Counted from the stretch's first letter, positions 1-10,478 are shown. The stretch is DNA of 64,000 nucleotides from an alpha proteobacterium SCGC AAA028-C07 (GCA_000419465.1 ATTB01000005.1:9209-73208); one strand, 5' to 3'. Program-made: numbers and translations. Notes: a model not told the origin generated them from the sequence alone.

Positions 1-182
1 CTATCTCGATTAAACCAAGAAGGATTATGAGGATTAAACTTTAAAAATTTATTAAAAAGAATCGTTGTTACATCAGCCATGCCCATAGGCATACCAGGGT
101 GACCTGAATTTGCTTTTTGAACTGCGTCAATTGACAGAAATCTTATTGCATTAGCTAGATCTGAGTAATTATTTTTTGCCAT
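1..182 (-). CDS. tkt: transketolase, N-terminal part (truncated by window edge)
   Basis: Manual translation from ATG at 182: [38 protein letters not shown], the transketolase N-terminal signature; not in ORF track. Confidence 0.95.
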   Translation of the reverse strand, partial: MAKNNYSDLANAIRFLSIDAVQKANSGHPGMPMGMADVTTILFNKFLKFNPHNPSWFNRD

Positions 183-257
183 GAAACATAGATAGACTTG
201 GATTGCAGGAATTATTATTATGTTTAAGATGCAAATTAAACAATTTTTTTCAGTTTA

Positions 258-782
258 ATGAATTTAAAAAATAAAGAAACACAGCTATTCGAAACTTTAA
301 GCAAACTAGATTCAATCGCAGATTTAATTAAAAACTCCAAGGAAGAAAGCAGTTATCTAAAAAAGCTAAGCTCTCAATTAGAAAAAGAAAAAGATGAACT
401 GCATCTAAAGTCAAAAAATTTAGAAGTAGAAAAAGTCAGTATTATTCATGAGTTAAAAGTTTTTGAACAAAAACTAAATAATCAAGACTCAGGAAATCAG
501 GAGTTATTAAATAAAATTGATTTAATAGAAAAGGAAAATCAAACCATAAATGATCAGTTACATAAAATGGAAGTTGAATTAGAAGAGTCTAGATATAAGA
601 TTACAGAAACTGAAAATATTAATAAAAATTTAAAAGAAGAAGTAAATTCTGTACAAAATGAATTGCAGTCAACAAAAGAACAGTTAGAAGAAATATTAAA
701 AAACAAAAAAATGTTTGTAAAAAAAATTGACGAATTAAGCCAAGAGACAGATGCAATGTTAGGAGAATTTGAAAAATGGTAA
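258..782 (+). CDS. long coiled-coil protein upstream of zapA (ZauP/ZapB-like cell division candidate)
   Basis: Heptad-like E/K/L/Q-rich sequence; overlaps zapA start; lies between tkt and zapA. Confidence 0.6.
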   Translation: MNLKNKETQLFETLSKLDSIADLIKNSKEESSYLKKLSSQLEKEKDELHLKSKNLEVEKVSIIHELKVFEQKLNNQDSGNQELLNKIDLIEKENQTINDQLHKMEVELEESRYKITETENINKNLKEEVNSVQNELQSTKEQLEEILKNKKMFVKKIDELSQETDAMLGEFEKW

Positions 783-1204
783 ACGTTACTGTTAAATTTA
801 ATAATCGAGATTACATCCTCTCTTGCGAAGATGGACAGGAGCAGGAGTTAGAAAAATTATCCCTACATTTAAATGAGAAATTTGAACAACTTAAAAATGA
901 CCTTGGAAATATTGGCGAAAGCAAACTCTTATTAATTAGTTCAATACAAGTTATTGACGAGATGTTTACTATTAAAGAATCTATAGAAAAACTTAAAAAC
1001 CATAATAAAACTTTACTTGAAAAGTTTAAAGAAATTAAAAGTTTATCAATTTTATATAAAGAAGATAAAGAGAGAGAGATTCAGAATATTCAATCTGAAT
1101 TACAGGAACTCAAAAGTAAAATTTCAGATAATGAACAAAATTATTCGGAGTCTTTAGAAAAAGTTTCAAATTCAATAAATAATTTTCTAGAAAAGATTAA
1201 TTAA
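776..1204 (+). CDS. zapA: cell division protein ZapA with C-terminal coiled-coil extension
   Basis: VTVKFNNRDYILSCEDGQEQELEKL...GNIGESKLLLISSIQVIDE is typical alphaproteobacterial ZapA. Confidence 0.88.
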   Translation: MVNVTVKFNNRDYILSCEDGQEQELEKLSLHLNEKFEQLKNDLGNIGESKLLLISSIQVIDEMFTIKESIEKLKNHNKTLLEKFKEIKSLSILYKEDKEREIQNIQSELQELKSKISDNEQNYSESLEKVSNSINNFLEKIN

Positions 1205-1209
1205 TTTTA

Positions 1210-1761
1210 ATGAAAGAAAAGTTAAGGAAGTATTTTTTTTCCTTAAGAAAAAAAAAATATTTTAACTTAAAAGAAAAAGATTTTAGCCCCTTACTCTCAG
1301 AGATTGGGAGATATAAGAACAGTACTGTAGGCACTTATTATTCTATAAACTTTGAATTAGACTTAAAAATTTTAAATACATTATTATTTAAAAAAGGACT
1401 CTCATTATCGCTACCATTTATTCATAAAGATAATAAATTGATGGAGTTTAAAGAATGGAATTCGAAGGATGTTTTGCAATTAAATAAATATGGAATACCA
1501 CAAACTTTTATAGATTCTAAAACTTTAGTACCCGATATTTTTTTAGTTCCACTGTTAGCTTTTGATAAATATGGTAATAGGCTCGGCTATGGATCTGGAT
1601 ATTATGATAAATATTTTAACATGTTAAATAAAGCTAAAAAAAAATTTAGAACAATCGGAATTAGTTTTTCATTTCAAAAAAAAGATAAACTAAAAACATT
1701 AAAAACAGATTTTTGTTTGGATGCTGTTTTCACAGAAAAAGGTTTTTTAAATATTCAATGA
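1210..1761 (+). CDS. ygfA: 5-formyltetrahydrofolate cyclo-ligase
   Basis: PDIFLVPLLAFDKYGNRLGYGSGYYDKY motif. Confidence 0.93.
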   Translation: MKEKLRKYFFSLRKKKYFNLKEKDFSPLLSEIGRYKNSTVGTYYSINFELDLKILNTLLFKKGLSLSLPFIHKDNKLMEFKEWNSKDVLQLNKYGIPQTFIDSKTLVPDIFLVPLLAFDKYGNRLGYGSGYYDKYFNMLNKAKKKFRTIGISFSFQKKDKLKTLKTDFCLDAVFTEKGFLNIQ

Positions 1762-2567
1762 ATTTTTTATTTTTAGGAGACATCGTAGGCAGATCCGGTA
1801 GGGATATAGTTTTATCTGAATTACCAAAAGTAAAAGCTAATGAAGAAATAGATTTTGTTATTGTGAATGGTGAAAATGCAGCGGGTGGCTATGGAATTAC
1901 AAAAAAGATATGCAATGAATTATTTTCAGTTGGCGTTGATGTAATTACCTCAGGAAATCATATTTGGGATCAAAAAGAGACAGCAGATTTTATATCCGAG
2001 GAAAAAAGATTATTAAGACCATTAAATTTTATGGAAGGTACTCCAGGATCAGGTTGTGAAATTTATTCTTTAAAAAATAATAAAAAAGTTGCTGTAATTA
2101 ATATTATGGGAAATATTTATATGAAAAAAACAGATGATGTTTTCAATTGTATTGCTCTGAAATTACAATCATTAAAATTAGGTAAAGAAGCAGACTTTAT
2201 TATTGTGGATATTCATGCCGAAATAACTAGTGAAAAAGTAGCAATGGGTCATTATCTTGATGGTCAGGTAACATTAGTTGTTGGAACCCACAGTCACGTT
2301 CCTACTTTTGATTTTAGAATTCTAAATCATGGAACAGCATATCAAACTGATGCCGGCATGTGTGGTGATTATGATTCAGTTATAGGAATGAATAAAGATG
2401 CAGCTTTAAAAAAATTTTTAAAACAGCCAAATTTAGAACGTTTGTCTCCAGCATTAGGTAAAGGAACATTATCCGGAATTAAGGTTATTGCTGATGAAAA
2501 AACGGGCCTTGCAAAGGATATAAAACCCATCACAATTGGCGCTCATTTTAATCAAAGATCATTTTAA
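1758..2567 (+). CDS. YmdB/TIGR00282 family metallophosphoesterase
   Basis: GDIVG, NGENAAGG, TSGNH, DIHAEITSEK, GTHSHV motifs; start moved to ATG 1758 (ATGA overlap with ygfA). Confidence 0.92.
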   Translation: MNFLFLGDIVGRSGRDIVLSELPKVKANEEIDFVIVNGENAAGGYGITKKICNELFSVGVDVITSGNHIWDQKETADFISEEKRLLRPLNFMEGTPGSGCEIYSLKNNKKVAVINIMGNIYMKKTDDVFNCIALKLQSLKLGKEADFIIVDIHAEITSEKVAMGHYLDGQVTLVVGTHSHVPTFDFRILNHGTAYQTDAGMCGDYDSVIGMNKDAALKKFLKQPNLERLSPALGKGTLSGIKVIADEKTGLAKDIKPITIGAHFNQRSF

Positions 2568-2571
2568 TAGC

Positions 2572-3315
2572 ATGGCAGGTCATTCGCATTTTAAAAATAT
2601 GATGCACAGAAAAGGACGTGCTGACAAAATACGTTCCAAACTGTTTACTAAACTTTCAAGAGAAATAACTGTTTCAGCAAAACTTGGAACGCCGGATCCG
2701 GAGATGAACCCAAGATTGAGAGCTGCGGTTCAAGCAGCAAGAGCAGCAAATATGCCCAAAGATAATATTGAAAGAGCCATTAAAAAATCTCAAGGTAATA
2801 TCGATAATAGTTATGAATTTTCAAGATATGAGGGCTTTGGCCCAGGCAGAACGGGAGTTATTATAGAAGTGTTAACTGATAATAAAAATCGTTCAGTATC
2901 AAATATTAGAACAATATTTCAAAAATTCGGAGGAACCTTAGGCGAGACAGGATCTGTTAGTTATCAATTTGAACAGATAGGGCAAATCAAGATAAAGAAA
3001 GAGTTAATGAATACAAACGATGCTTTAGAAATCGCTATTAATTCAGGAGCAGAAGATTGCGTTACAACAGATCTTCATCATGAAATTAATTGTAAGAAAG
3101 AAGAATTTAATTCTGTAAGAGAGCAAATAGAGAAAAAAATTAAAGATTTAAGTTTTGCTGGTTTAATTTGGAATCCTCTTAGCAAAGTTAATTTGGATAA
3201 AGAAGCGTTTACTAAAGTTGTAAATTTTTTAGAGCAAATAGAAGATGATGACGATGTTCAAAATGTTTTTACTAATTTTGAAGTTGATGAAAAATTATTA
3301 GAAGGAGCGAATTAA
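2572..3315 (+). CDS. yebC: YebC/PmpR family protein
   Basis: MAGHSHFKNMMHRKG, NPRLR, YEGFGPG, LTDNKNRS, DDDDVQNVFTN; start at ATG 2572. Confidence 0.95.
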   Translation: MAGHSHFKNMMHRKGRADKIRSKLFTKLSREITVSAKLGTPDPEMNPRLRAAVQAARAANMPKDNIERAIKKSQGNIDNSYEFSRYEGFGPGRTGVIIEVLTDNKNRSVSNIRTIFQKFGGTLGETGSVSYQFEQIGQIKIKKELMNTNDALEIAINSGAEDCVTTDLHHEINCKKEEFNSVREQIEKKIKDLSFAGLIWNPLSKVNLDKEAFTKVVNFLEQIEDDDDVQNVFTNFEVDEKLLEGAN

Positions 3316-3319
3316 AAAA

Positions 3320-3817
3320 TTGTTAGTTTTTTCTATTGACCCTGGAGTAAGTGGAGCAATTTGTGTTTTTAAAAATAAAGATATTTTAGAAATATATGAC
3401 GTTCCAACAATGGTTGATGGAAAAAAAAATAAAAGACAAATTAATTCAGCTCAGGTCACTCACATCTTTAAAAGTTTTTTACATGAAAGCGATAAAGTTT
3501 CGGTAATAGTCGAACAAGTAAATGCTATGCCAGGGCAAGGAGTGACTAGTATGTTTAATTTTGGACAGTCTTTTGGAATTATTAAGGGAATATGTGCGGC
3601 ATTAAGTTTTCCAATATACTTTGTAAGACCCGCAAAGTGGAAGAAGCATTTTAATTTGATTGGATCAGTTAAAGATGCAAGCAGAACAAAGGTAATAGAA
3701 ATTTATCCAACTATATCCCCAAAATTAGCTAGAAAAAAAGATTCTAATAAAGCGGATGCCATTTTAATCGGAAAGTATTTTATAGATAATTATAAAAACG
3801 ATAGTTTTCATGGCTAG
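3320..3817 (+). CDS. RuvC-fold Holliday junction resolvase, phage/MOC1-like type
   Basis: IDPG...VIVEQVNAMPGQGVTSMFNFG...PAKWKK...KDASR...NKADAILI; occupies the ruvC position after yebC. Confidence 0.8.
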   Translation: MLVFSIDPGVSGAICVFKNKDILEIYDVPTMVDGKKNKRQINSAQVTHIFKSFLHESDKVSVIVEQVNAMPGQGVTSMFNFGQSFGIIKGICAALSFPIYFVRPAKWKKHFNLIGSVKDASRTKVIEIYPTISPKLARKKDSNKADAILIGKYFIDNYKNDSFHG

Positions 3818-4223
3818 TGCATTAAAAAAATTTATCTACCAAACTAAAGTCTATTACGAAGATACTGACGCCGGTGGAATAGTTTATTACGCGAATTATT
3901 TAAAGTATTTTGAAAGAGCGAGAACTGAACTTATCTATTCTCTTGGTTATAATCATAAAGAATTAAATGATAAGTTTGATATCAAAATTGTTGTTCATAA
4001 ATTTAGCATTACTTATAAAAAACCTCTATTTTTTGAAGATACAATTATTGTTGAGAGCTTTGTGAGAAACGTATCAAACTTAAGAATTGAAATGTCGCAA
4101 AACGTTCTAAGAGACAAAGAAGTTTTAGCTGAGGCGATAGTTGAACTGGTGACCATTGACAATACCGGAAAACCAAAAATAATTCCTGAGGATTTAAAGG
4201 TAAAATTAAGCTCCTGCATATAA
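3810..4223 (+). CDS. ybgC: tol-pal-associated acyl-CoA thioesterase
   Basis: VYYEDTDAGGIVYYANYLKYFERARTE. Confidence 0.93.
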   Translation: MASALKKFIYQTKVYYEDTDAGGIVYYANYLKYFERARTELIYSLGYNHKELNDKFDIKIVVHKFSITYKKPLFFEDTIIVESFVRNVSNLRIEMSQNVLRDKEVLAEAIVELVTIDNTGKPKIIPEDLKVKLSSCI

Positions 4224-4307
4224 CAAAGAACTAGATCTTTGTTGCGAAGACAAATAAATGACAAGTTTTAAAAATACAAAACAACTAAACAAAACAAAAT
4301 AAAATAT

Positions 4308-4955
4308 ATGAATTTTGCAGCAAGTAATTTTTCTTTTTTCTCATTATTTTTAAAAGCGGATTTTGTCGTTAAATTTGTAATTATTATTTTAATTGCAGCA
4401 TCAATTTATTCTTGGGCAATCATAATCGAGAAATATAAGTTATTTAAAAAAATTAACGGTTCATCTTCATTTTTTGAAGATCAGTTTTGGTCCTCAAAGT
4501 CAGCTGACAGTTTATACAAGAAATTAGAAGGATATAATGAAGACCCTATGGCCAATGTATTTAAAGCAGGCATGGATTTTATGATAAAAAATAAATCTAG
4601 ATCTGCATCAACCCAAGAAAGAGTTTTGCAAGCCTTGAGCGGCTCAATAGACAAAGAGATGGAAGTTGTAGAAAAAAAATTAACTTTTTTAGCAACTGTT
4701 GGGTCAACAGCTCCTTTTATTGGTTTATTCGGAACTGTATGGGGAATTATGAATTCGTTTCAATCTATAGCTATTTCAAAAAATACAAGTCTTGCAATCG
4801 TAGCTCCTGGTATAGCAGAGGCATTATTTGCAACAGCGTTAGGATTGCTAGCAGCGATACCTGCGGTTGTTGCGTATAATAAGTTTACTAGTGACTCTAG
4901 AAGATATTCAACTCGTTTAGAAAATTTTAGCCAATCATTTATTTCTATTACATAA
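4308..4955 (+). CDS. tolQ: Tol-Pal protein TolQ
   Basis: FLATVGSTAPFIGLFGTVWGIMNSF, VAPGIAEALFATALGL. Confidence 0.95.
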   Translation: MNFAASNFSFFSLFLKADFVVKFVIIILIAASIYSWAIIIEKYKLFKKINGSSSFFEDQFWSSKSADSLYKKLEGYNEDPMANVFKAGMDFMIKNKSRSASTQERVLQALSGSIDKEMEVVEKKLTFLATVGSTAPFIGLFGTVWGIMNSFQSIAISKNTSLAIVAPGIAEALFATALGLLAAIPAVVAYNKFTSDSRRYSTRLENFSQSFISIT

Positions 4956-5390
4956 ATGGCTTTTAAAATTCAGAACAATAGATCTCGAAAACGAGAACCT
5001 ATGAGTGAGATAAATGTTACACCCTTTGTGGATGTAATGTTGGTTTTATTAATTATTTTTATGGTCACAGCACCGATGTTAACAGCTGGTGTATCAGTTA
5101 ATTTGCCTGACAGTTCTGCAAATTCATTACCTGATGATAAAGAACCTTTGACTCTTAGCATTAATGCAAAAGGAGAGACTTTTATTCAAGAAACACAAGT
5201 TGAAACGAGCCAATTGGTTCCTAAAATTTTAGCAATGTCGAAAAATAGAACTGATACTAGAATTTATGTAAGAGGTGATAAGGCAATTGATTATGGAAGA
5301 GTTATGGAAGTAATGGGATTGCTTTCAAGAGCGGGTTTTACGAAAGTTGCTTTAATTTCAGGACCAGCACTTTCTAAAAGCAAAAAATAA
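4956..5390 (+). CDS. tolR: Tol-Pal protein TolR
   Basis: SEINVTPFVDVMLVLLIIFMVTAP; follows tolQ. Confidence 0.95.
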   Translation: MAFKIQNNRSRKREPMSEINVTPFVDVMLVLLIIFMVTAPMLTAGVSVNLPDSSANSLPDDKEPLTLSINAKGETFIQETQVETSQLVPKILAMSKNRTDTRIYVRGDKAIDYGRVMEVMGLLSRAGFTKVALISGPALSKSKK

Positions 5391-5394
5391 TGTC

Positions 5395-6201
5395 ATGCAA
5401 AAGAGCCTTAAGATTTCTTTTATAGCTCACACAGTTATTCTTATTATTAGTAGCATAACTCTACCTTTCTTAATGGGAAGAGTGCAGGCACCTTTAGTTA
5501 TGTCCGTAGATCTTGTTCAGATTGGGGAAAGAACAAATATACCTTACGCTCCCAAAGTTTCTGATGGTGCAAAAACTGACAAAAAAATTAAAGATAGAGT
5601 TGTAACGGAACAAGCACCACCAAAAATTGTTCCAAAAGAAAAACCAGACGCTGTACCTTTGCCAGAAAACATAAAACAAATTAAAGAATTATTAGAAAAA
5701 AGACAAAACCCAGTTAAAGTTGAAGACTTAACAAAACAAACATCTGAATTTGAGAAAAAAGAGATTTTTGATCCTAATAAAATTTCTGCACTTATAGACA
5801 AGTCCAAAAAAGACAATGCAGAAGCTAATAATAAGCCAAGTTTAGAAGCTACCCAAAGCCAACAAAAAAATGTTGTTACTTCTAAACTTACGATAACTCA
5901 GGAAGATGCTATTAAAGCTCAAATATTTAAATGTTGGAATATACCAATCGGACTTCCGTATAATGAAAATTTAACTGTTAGAATAAAAATCAAACTTAAT
6001 CCCGATGGTTCATTAGTAAGTAGTGAGATTTTAGATTTAGCAAGAATGAATACAGCTGGACAAACTTATTATAAGATATTAGCAGAGAGTGCATTGAGGG
6101 CTGTTAAGTTGTGCAATCCTCTCAAAGTACCATCAACTGGTTATGAAAAGTGGAAAGAAATGCAATTAAACTTTGACGCTAAGGAAATGTTAAAAGGTTA
6201 A
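5395..6201 (+). CDS. tolA: TolA/TonB-like energy transducer
   Basis: N-terminal TM with SxxxH, Pro/Lys-rich linker, C-terminal CWNIP...AESALRAV domain; between tolR and tolB. Confidence 0.85.
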   Translation: MQKSLKISFIAHTVILIISSITLPFLMGRVQAPLVMSVDLVQIGERTNIPYAPKVSDGAKTDKKIKDRVVTEQAPPKIVPKEKPDAVPLPENIKQIKELLEKRQNPVKVEDLTKQTSEFEKKEIFDPNKISALIDKSKKDNAEANNKPSLEATQSQQKNVVTSKLTITQEDAIKAQIFKCWNIPIGLPYNENLTVRIKIKLNPDGSLVSSEILDLARMNTAGQTYYKILAESALRAVKLCNPLKVPSTGYEKWKEMQLNFDAKEMLKG

Positions 6202-6202
6202 T

Positions 6203-7543
6203 ATGAAATATAAAATTTTTATAATTTTTGTATTATTTTTTATTTTAACAACTAAGTCATTTGCGCTTGTTTCAGTTGATATAACAAGGGGAAATTTAGA
6301 TCCTTTGCCAACAGCGATTTCTGATTTTTACTTAGACTCAAAATTAGATGATAAAATAAAAAATTTAAAACTTGAGAGTAAAATTCCTGAACTTATACAA
6401 AATAATCTTTCAAGATCAGGTTTATTTTTTGCATTAGAGAAAAAATCTTTTATTCAAAGACCAGAACCAGCTCATAACAAACCAAGATTTGAAGATTGGG
6501 CTTTTATAAAAACCCAAGTTCTTGTTACTGGAAAAATTTCGTTAGAAAAAGAAGGCAGACTTAGAGTTGAGTTTAAATTATGGGACGTTGTATCAGCAAC
6601 AGAATTGTCAGCTTTAGCTTTTTATACCACGCCTGATAATTGGAGAAGAGTATCTCATATGATCTCAGATAAAATTTACGAAAGGTTAACGGGAGAGAAA
6701 GGTTATTTTGATTCTAGAATAATTTATGTGTCTGAGACTGGACCAAAAGTAGATAAAAAAAAGAGATTAGCAGTAATGGATCAGGATGGTTATGGAGTAA
6801 AATATTTAACACTAGGTAATGAATTAGTTTTAACTCCTAGATTTAGCCCAACAAGTCAGCACGTAACTTATATGTCTTATTTTAAAAATTTACCTAGAGT
6901 TTATTTATTAAATATTGAAACAGGAATTCAAGATTTAGTTGGAGATTTTCCAGGAATGACTTTTGCTCCACGTTTTTCTCCTGATGGAAAAAAGATAATT
7001 ATGAGTTTTGCTCAGGAAGGCAACTCTGATATATATACAATGGATATCAAAACAAGAGTTGTTGAAAAATTAACAGATCATCCTTCAATAGATACTTCGC
7101 CTTCTTACTCTCCAGATGGCTCATACATTACATTTAATTCTGACCGCAGTGGATTCCAACAAATCTACACAATGAAAAGTGATGGCACGAATGTAAAAAG
7201 AATATCTTTCGGTGAAGGACTTTATGGAACACCAGTTTGGTCGCCAAGAGGCGATTTAATAGCTTTTACTAAATTATATAGAAATAAATTTTATATTGGA
7301 GTTATGAGATCCGATGGGTCTGGTGAACGATTATTAACTGAAAACTATTATCAAGAAGCACCATCTTGGGCGCCAAATGGAAGGGTTCTTGTATTTTATA
7401 GAGAGACGCCTTCTGATAGCAGCGGAAGAGGAGGTGGAGCAAAATTATGGTCTATCGATTTAACAGGTTATAATGAGAGATTAATTCAAACTCCAACGGA
7501 CGCTTCAGACCCATCTTGGTCAGGATTATTATCTGGAAAATAG
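6203..7543 (+). CDS. tolB: Tol-Pal beta-propeller protein TolB
   Basis: Signal peptide, [16 protein letters not shown], repeated PxF/WSPDG propeller motifs. Confidence 0.96.
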   Translation: MKYKIFIIFVLFFILTTKSFALVSVDITRGNLDPLPTAISDFYLDSKLDDKIKNLKLESKIPELIQNNLSRSGLFFALEKKSFIQRPEPAHNKPRFEDWAFIKTQVLVTGKISLEKEGRLRVEFKLWDVVSATELSALAFYTTPDNWRRVSHMISDKIYERLTGEKGYFDSRIIYVSETGPKVDKKKRLAVMDQDGYGVKYLTLGNELVLTPRFSPTSQHVTYMSYFKNLPRVYLLNIETGIQDLVGDFPGMTFAPRFSPDGKKIIMSFAQEGNSDIYTMDIKTRVVEKLTDHPSIDTSPSYSPDGSYITFNSDRSGFQQIYTMKSDGTNVKRISFGEGLYGTPVWSPRGDLIAFTKLYRNKFYIGVMRSDGSGERLLTENYYQEAPSWAPNGRVLVFYRETPSDSSGRGGGAKLWSIDLTGYNERLIQTPTDASDPSWSGLLSGK

Positions 7544-7624
7544 ACAACTAACTTACTAGTTGCATTATTCATCTTATTAAAATATCAACGTAAATTCAGA
7601 AAATTAATAAACAAAGGAATAATA

Positions 7625-8098
7625 ATGTTATCTAAAAATCTAAATAAAGTTTCACTAGCTCTAGTAATGACTTTATTCTTGGGTGCTTGTGCAACACAAC
7701 AAGCAACTACAACAAAAGGCGACGATGCTTATACTGGAACAGAAACAGTTAAATTCTTAGCGGATGGAGTTCCAGATAGAGTATTTTTTTCAACTAATAA
7801 ATCGGAATTAACTTCAGCTGCAACAACAACTCTTGGAAAACAAGCTACTTATTTAAAAGCAAATCCAACTTTAAATGTAGTTCTTGAAGGACATGCCGAT
7901 GAAAGAGGAACAAGAGAATATAACTTAGCCCTTGGTGAAAGAAGAGCGACAGCTGCTAAAAACTATTTAATCAGCAATGGTGTTGCTGCTAATAGAATTA
8001 AAGTTCTTAGTTACGGTAAAGAGAAACCCGCTAATCCAGCATCAAATGTTTTAGCTTGGTCACAAAACCGAAGAACTGTAACAGTTAAAACTAATTAA
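7625..8098 (+). CDS. pal: peptidoglycan-associated lipoprotein Pal
   Basis: Lipobox LGAC; EGHADERGTREYNLALGERRA; SYGKEKP. Confidence 0.96.
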   Translation: MLSKNLNKVSLALVMTLFLGACATQQATTTKGDDAYTGTETVKFLADGVPDRVFFSTNKSELTSAATTTLGKQATYLKANPTLNVVLEGHADERGTREYNLALGERRATAAKNYLISNGVAANRIKVLSYGKEKPANPASNVLAWSQNRRTVTVKTN

Positions 8099-8113
8099 TA
8101 TTAAAAACTTCAT

Positions 8114-8152
8114 AAAAGACCCTAATGAGAAATTCATTAGGGTCTTTTTTTT
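8114..8152 (+). terminator. intrinsic terminator after pal
   Basis: 15-bp stem AAAAGACCCTAATGA / TCATTAGGGTCTTTT, 5-nt loop, T run. Confidence 0.85.
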
Positions 8153-8181
8153 GCCATTTAAATTAAATAAAATGAGTAAAT

Positions 8182-9129
8182 ATGTTTTTTAAAAATAGAT
8201 TCTTATTACAAGTCTTGGTCATTGTTTTTTTTGCAAACATCTCTTTTGCACAACAAGACAAGATGAATGAATTAATAGATAGATTAGAAAAAATCCAAAA
8301 AGATATTCAAACTTTAGAAAAAGCTGTTTACAGCAAGAATGCCGCTCTACCATCGGACAATGTTGTCGTGAATGAAGCTTTAACTAGACAGTTAGCTAAA
8401 ATTTCAGAATTAGAAAAACAAATTCAACAAGTAACATCAAAATTTGAAGAAAATAATTATAAACTTCAACAGTTATCAGATCGATTAAACAAAATTTCAA
8501 ATGATAGTCAGTTAAGATTTCAGCAATTAGAAAGTAACAGAGCTATTAGTGAAAAAGTTAGCGCTCCCAAAGAAGTGATTTTAGAAAAAGCGCAGACGGT
8601 AAAAAAAAATGAAACTAATATTTTAAATTCTGAAGAAGTTAATAAAGAAGAAGAAAATATTATTCAGGAACAGCCAGTCCAGTCAGAAAATATTAAATTA
8701 AAAGAAAAAATTAACAAACCTAAAACAAAAGTTTTGCCAAAAGTTTCAATCGCAGAACAGTATAAATATGCAACGAATATTATGAAAAGCGGAGATTTTG
8801 AAAAAGCAGAAATTGCTTTTAAAGAATTTGTAGACACTCATTCAAAGCATGAACTCGCAGGAAGCGCACAATTTTGGTATGGAGAAACTTTTTATATTAG
8901 ACAGCTTTATGAAGATGCAGCTGCAGCATTCCTAGAGGGTTACCAAAAATATCCTAACAGTCCAAAAGCTCCTGAAAATTTGTTAAAATTAGGTATAACA
9001 CTTGCGGAGCTTGGCGAAATTGAACAAGGTTGCAAGATGATCATTAATTTAAAAAAAGCCTATCCTAAGACTGATGCTTCAATCTTACAAAAATCATCTT
9101 ATGAAAAGAAAAGATTTAACTGCAGTTAG
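8182..9129 (+). CDS. cpoB: cell division coordinator CpoB (YbgF)
   Basis: Signal peptide, coiled coil, C-terminal TPRs (AGSAQFWYGETFY, KAPENLLKLG); follows pal. Confidence 0.92.
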   Translation: MFFKNRFLLQVLVIVFFANISFAQQDKMNELIDRLEKIQKDIQTLEKAVYSKNAALPSDNVVVNEALTRQLAKISELEKQIQQVTSKFEENNYKLQQLSDRLNKISNDSQLRFQQLESNRAISEKVSAPKEVILEKAQTVKKNETNILNSEEVNKEEENIIQEQPVQSENIKLKEKINKPKTKVLPKVSIAEQYKYATNIMKSGDFEKAEIAFKEFVDTHSKHELAGSAQFWYGETFYIRQLYEDAAAAFLEGYQKYPNSPKAPENLLKLGITLAELGEIEQGCKMIINLKKAYPKTDASILQKSSYEKKRFNCS

Positions 9130-10435
9130 TCTTAAATTATTAGAAGATAAAAAAATAAATCATATTTATTTTCGTTTCAGAGAAAAAATTTCATCTTTTA
9201 TTGGCAAAGAAAGATTTGCAATTGCAGTATCAGGAGGCAGCGATAGTCTAGCTCTAAGTGTATTTGCAAAGTTATACTCACTAGAAAATGATAATGATTT
9301 TGTATCTTTAATTATTGATCATAAACTAAGAAAAGAATCTGCTGAAGAAGCAAGAGTAACTTATAAAAATTTAACGCAGAACAAAATCAAGGCTAAGATT
9401 TTAACTTACCAAGGTGAAAAATTTTCTTCTAATATTCAAAAAAAAGCAAGAGATCTAAGATATGATTTATTTCATAAATATTGTGCAAAAAATAAAATCA
9501 AATTTTTAATTCTTGCGCATCATCAAGACGATTTAATTGAAAATTTTTATATAAGATTAATTAGAGGCAGTGGAATTAAGGGCTTAACCTCATTACAAAA
9601 TATTTTTGAATATAATAAAAATTTTTATCTTTTAAGACCCTTATTAAATTTTAATAAACAGGAACTGTTAAGTGTAACTAAAAAATCTTATTCATCTTGG
9701 ATTGAAGATCCTTCAAATAAGAATGATAAATTTTTAAGAGTTAGAATTAGAAAAATGCAGACAAAGTTACAGAAAGAAGGGTTTGATCCTAAACGTATTA
9801 TTAAAACTATTGATAATCTAAATACTGCAAAAGATTCATTAGATTTTTATATTTTTAAGTCTGAAAAAAAATATTTAAACTTTTATAAAGAGGGTTATGC
9901 AACTTTAAAGTCTTCTATTTTTAATAATGAAGCACAAGAAGTGATCTTTAGAGTTATTATCAAAGCAATTCATTTTGTCTCAGGAGAGTATTATCCGCCA
10001 CGATCAGATAGTTTAAAAGGTTTAATGAAAAATTTATTAGCAAAATCTTTTAAATCTTCAACTTTGGGTGGATGTTTAATTGAGAAAAATAAAAATATAA
10101 TTTCATTTTACAGGGAAGACAGAAATGTTGCGGTCGAAACTTTAAATAAAAAAAAACAAAAAACAAATTGGGATGATCGTTTTTTAGTTAATAAAAATTT
10201 TAATAACCAACAACAATTTGTTGTTAAAAAATTAGGCAATCATGGAATTGAATATTTAAGAAAAAATAAATTTAATGATTATGGAAATAAAATTCCAGTT
10301 CATGCAAAAAAAACGTTACCGTCTTTTTGGAATAATGAAGGGCAGTTGTTATTTGTTCCTTTTGTTAATTTTAAGAATAAGAAATACAACATTAAAAACG
10401 ATAGTTTTTCAGTGAGTTTTCTTAGATTTATTTGA
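9101..10435 (+). CDS. tilS: tRNA(Ile) lysidine synthetase
   Basis: AVSGGSDS PP-loop, DHKLR, AHHQDD, RGSG, RPLL, EDPSN; likely start ATG 9101. Confidence 0.93.
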   Translation: MKRKDLTAVSLKLLEDKKINHIYFRFREKISSFIGKERFAIAVSGGSDSLALSVFAKLYSLENDNDFVSLIIDHKLRKESAEEARVTYKNLTQNKIKAKILTYQGEKFSSNIQKKARDLRYDLFHKYCAKNKIKFLILAHHQDDLIENFYIRLIRGSGIKGLTSLQNIFEYNKNFYLLRPLLNFNKQELLSVTKKSYSSWIEDPSNKNDKFLRVRIRKMQTKLQKEGFDPKRIIKTIDNLNTAKDSLDFYIFKSEKKYLNFYKEGYATLKSSIFNNEAQEVIFRVIIKAIHFVSGEYYPPRSDSLKGLMKNLLAKSFKSSTLGGCLIEKNKNIISFYREDRNVAVETLNKKKQKTNWDDRFLVNKNFNNQQQFVVKKLGNHGIEYLRKNKFNDYGNKIPVHAKKTLPSFWNNEGQLLFVPFVNFKNKKYNIKNDSFSVSFLRFI

Positions 10436-10478
10436 GAATACCACTTGTTTATTCTATAATAATGGTTACTTTTAAATT

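Noticed and set aside
1713-1757. Extended N-termini in the ORF track (also at 2536, 9074, 18985, 34965, 39748, 55201)
   Set aside because: These overlap upstream genes or hairpins or use weak alternative starts; downstream ATGs match family N-termini better
4221-4302. Short hairpin (4221-4244) and a 14-codon uORF (MTSFKNTKQLNKTK) before tolQ
   Set aside because: Weak AT-rich stem and an A-rich low-information ORF; no support for a leader peptide
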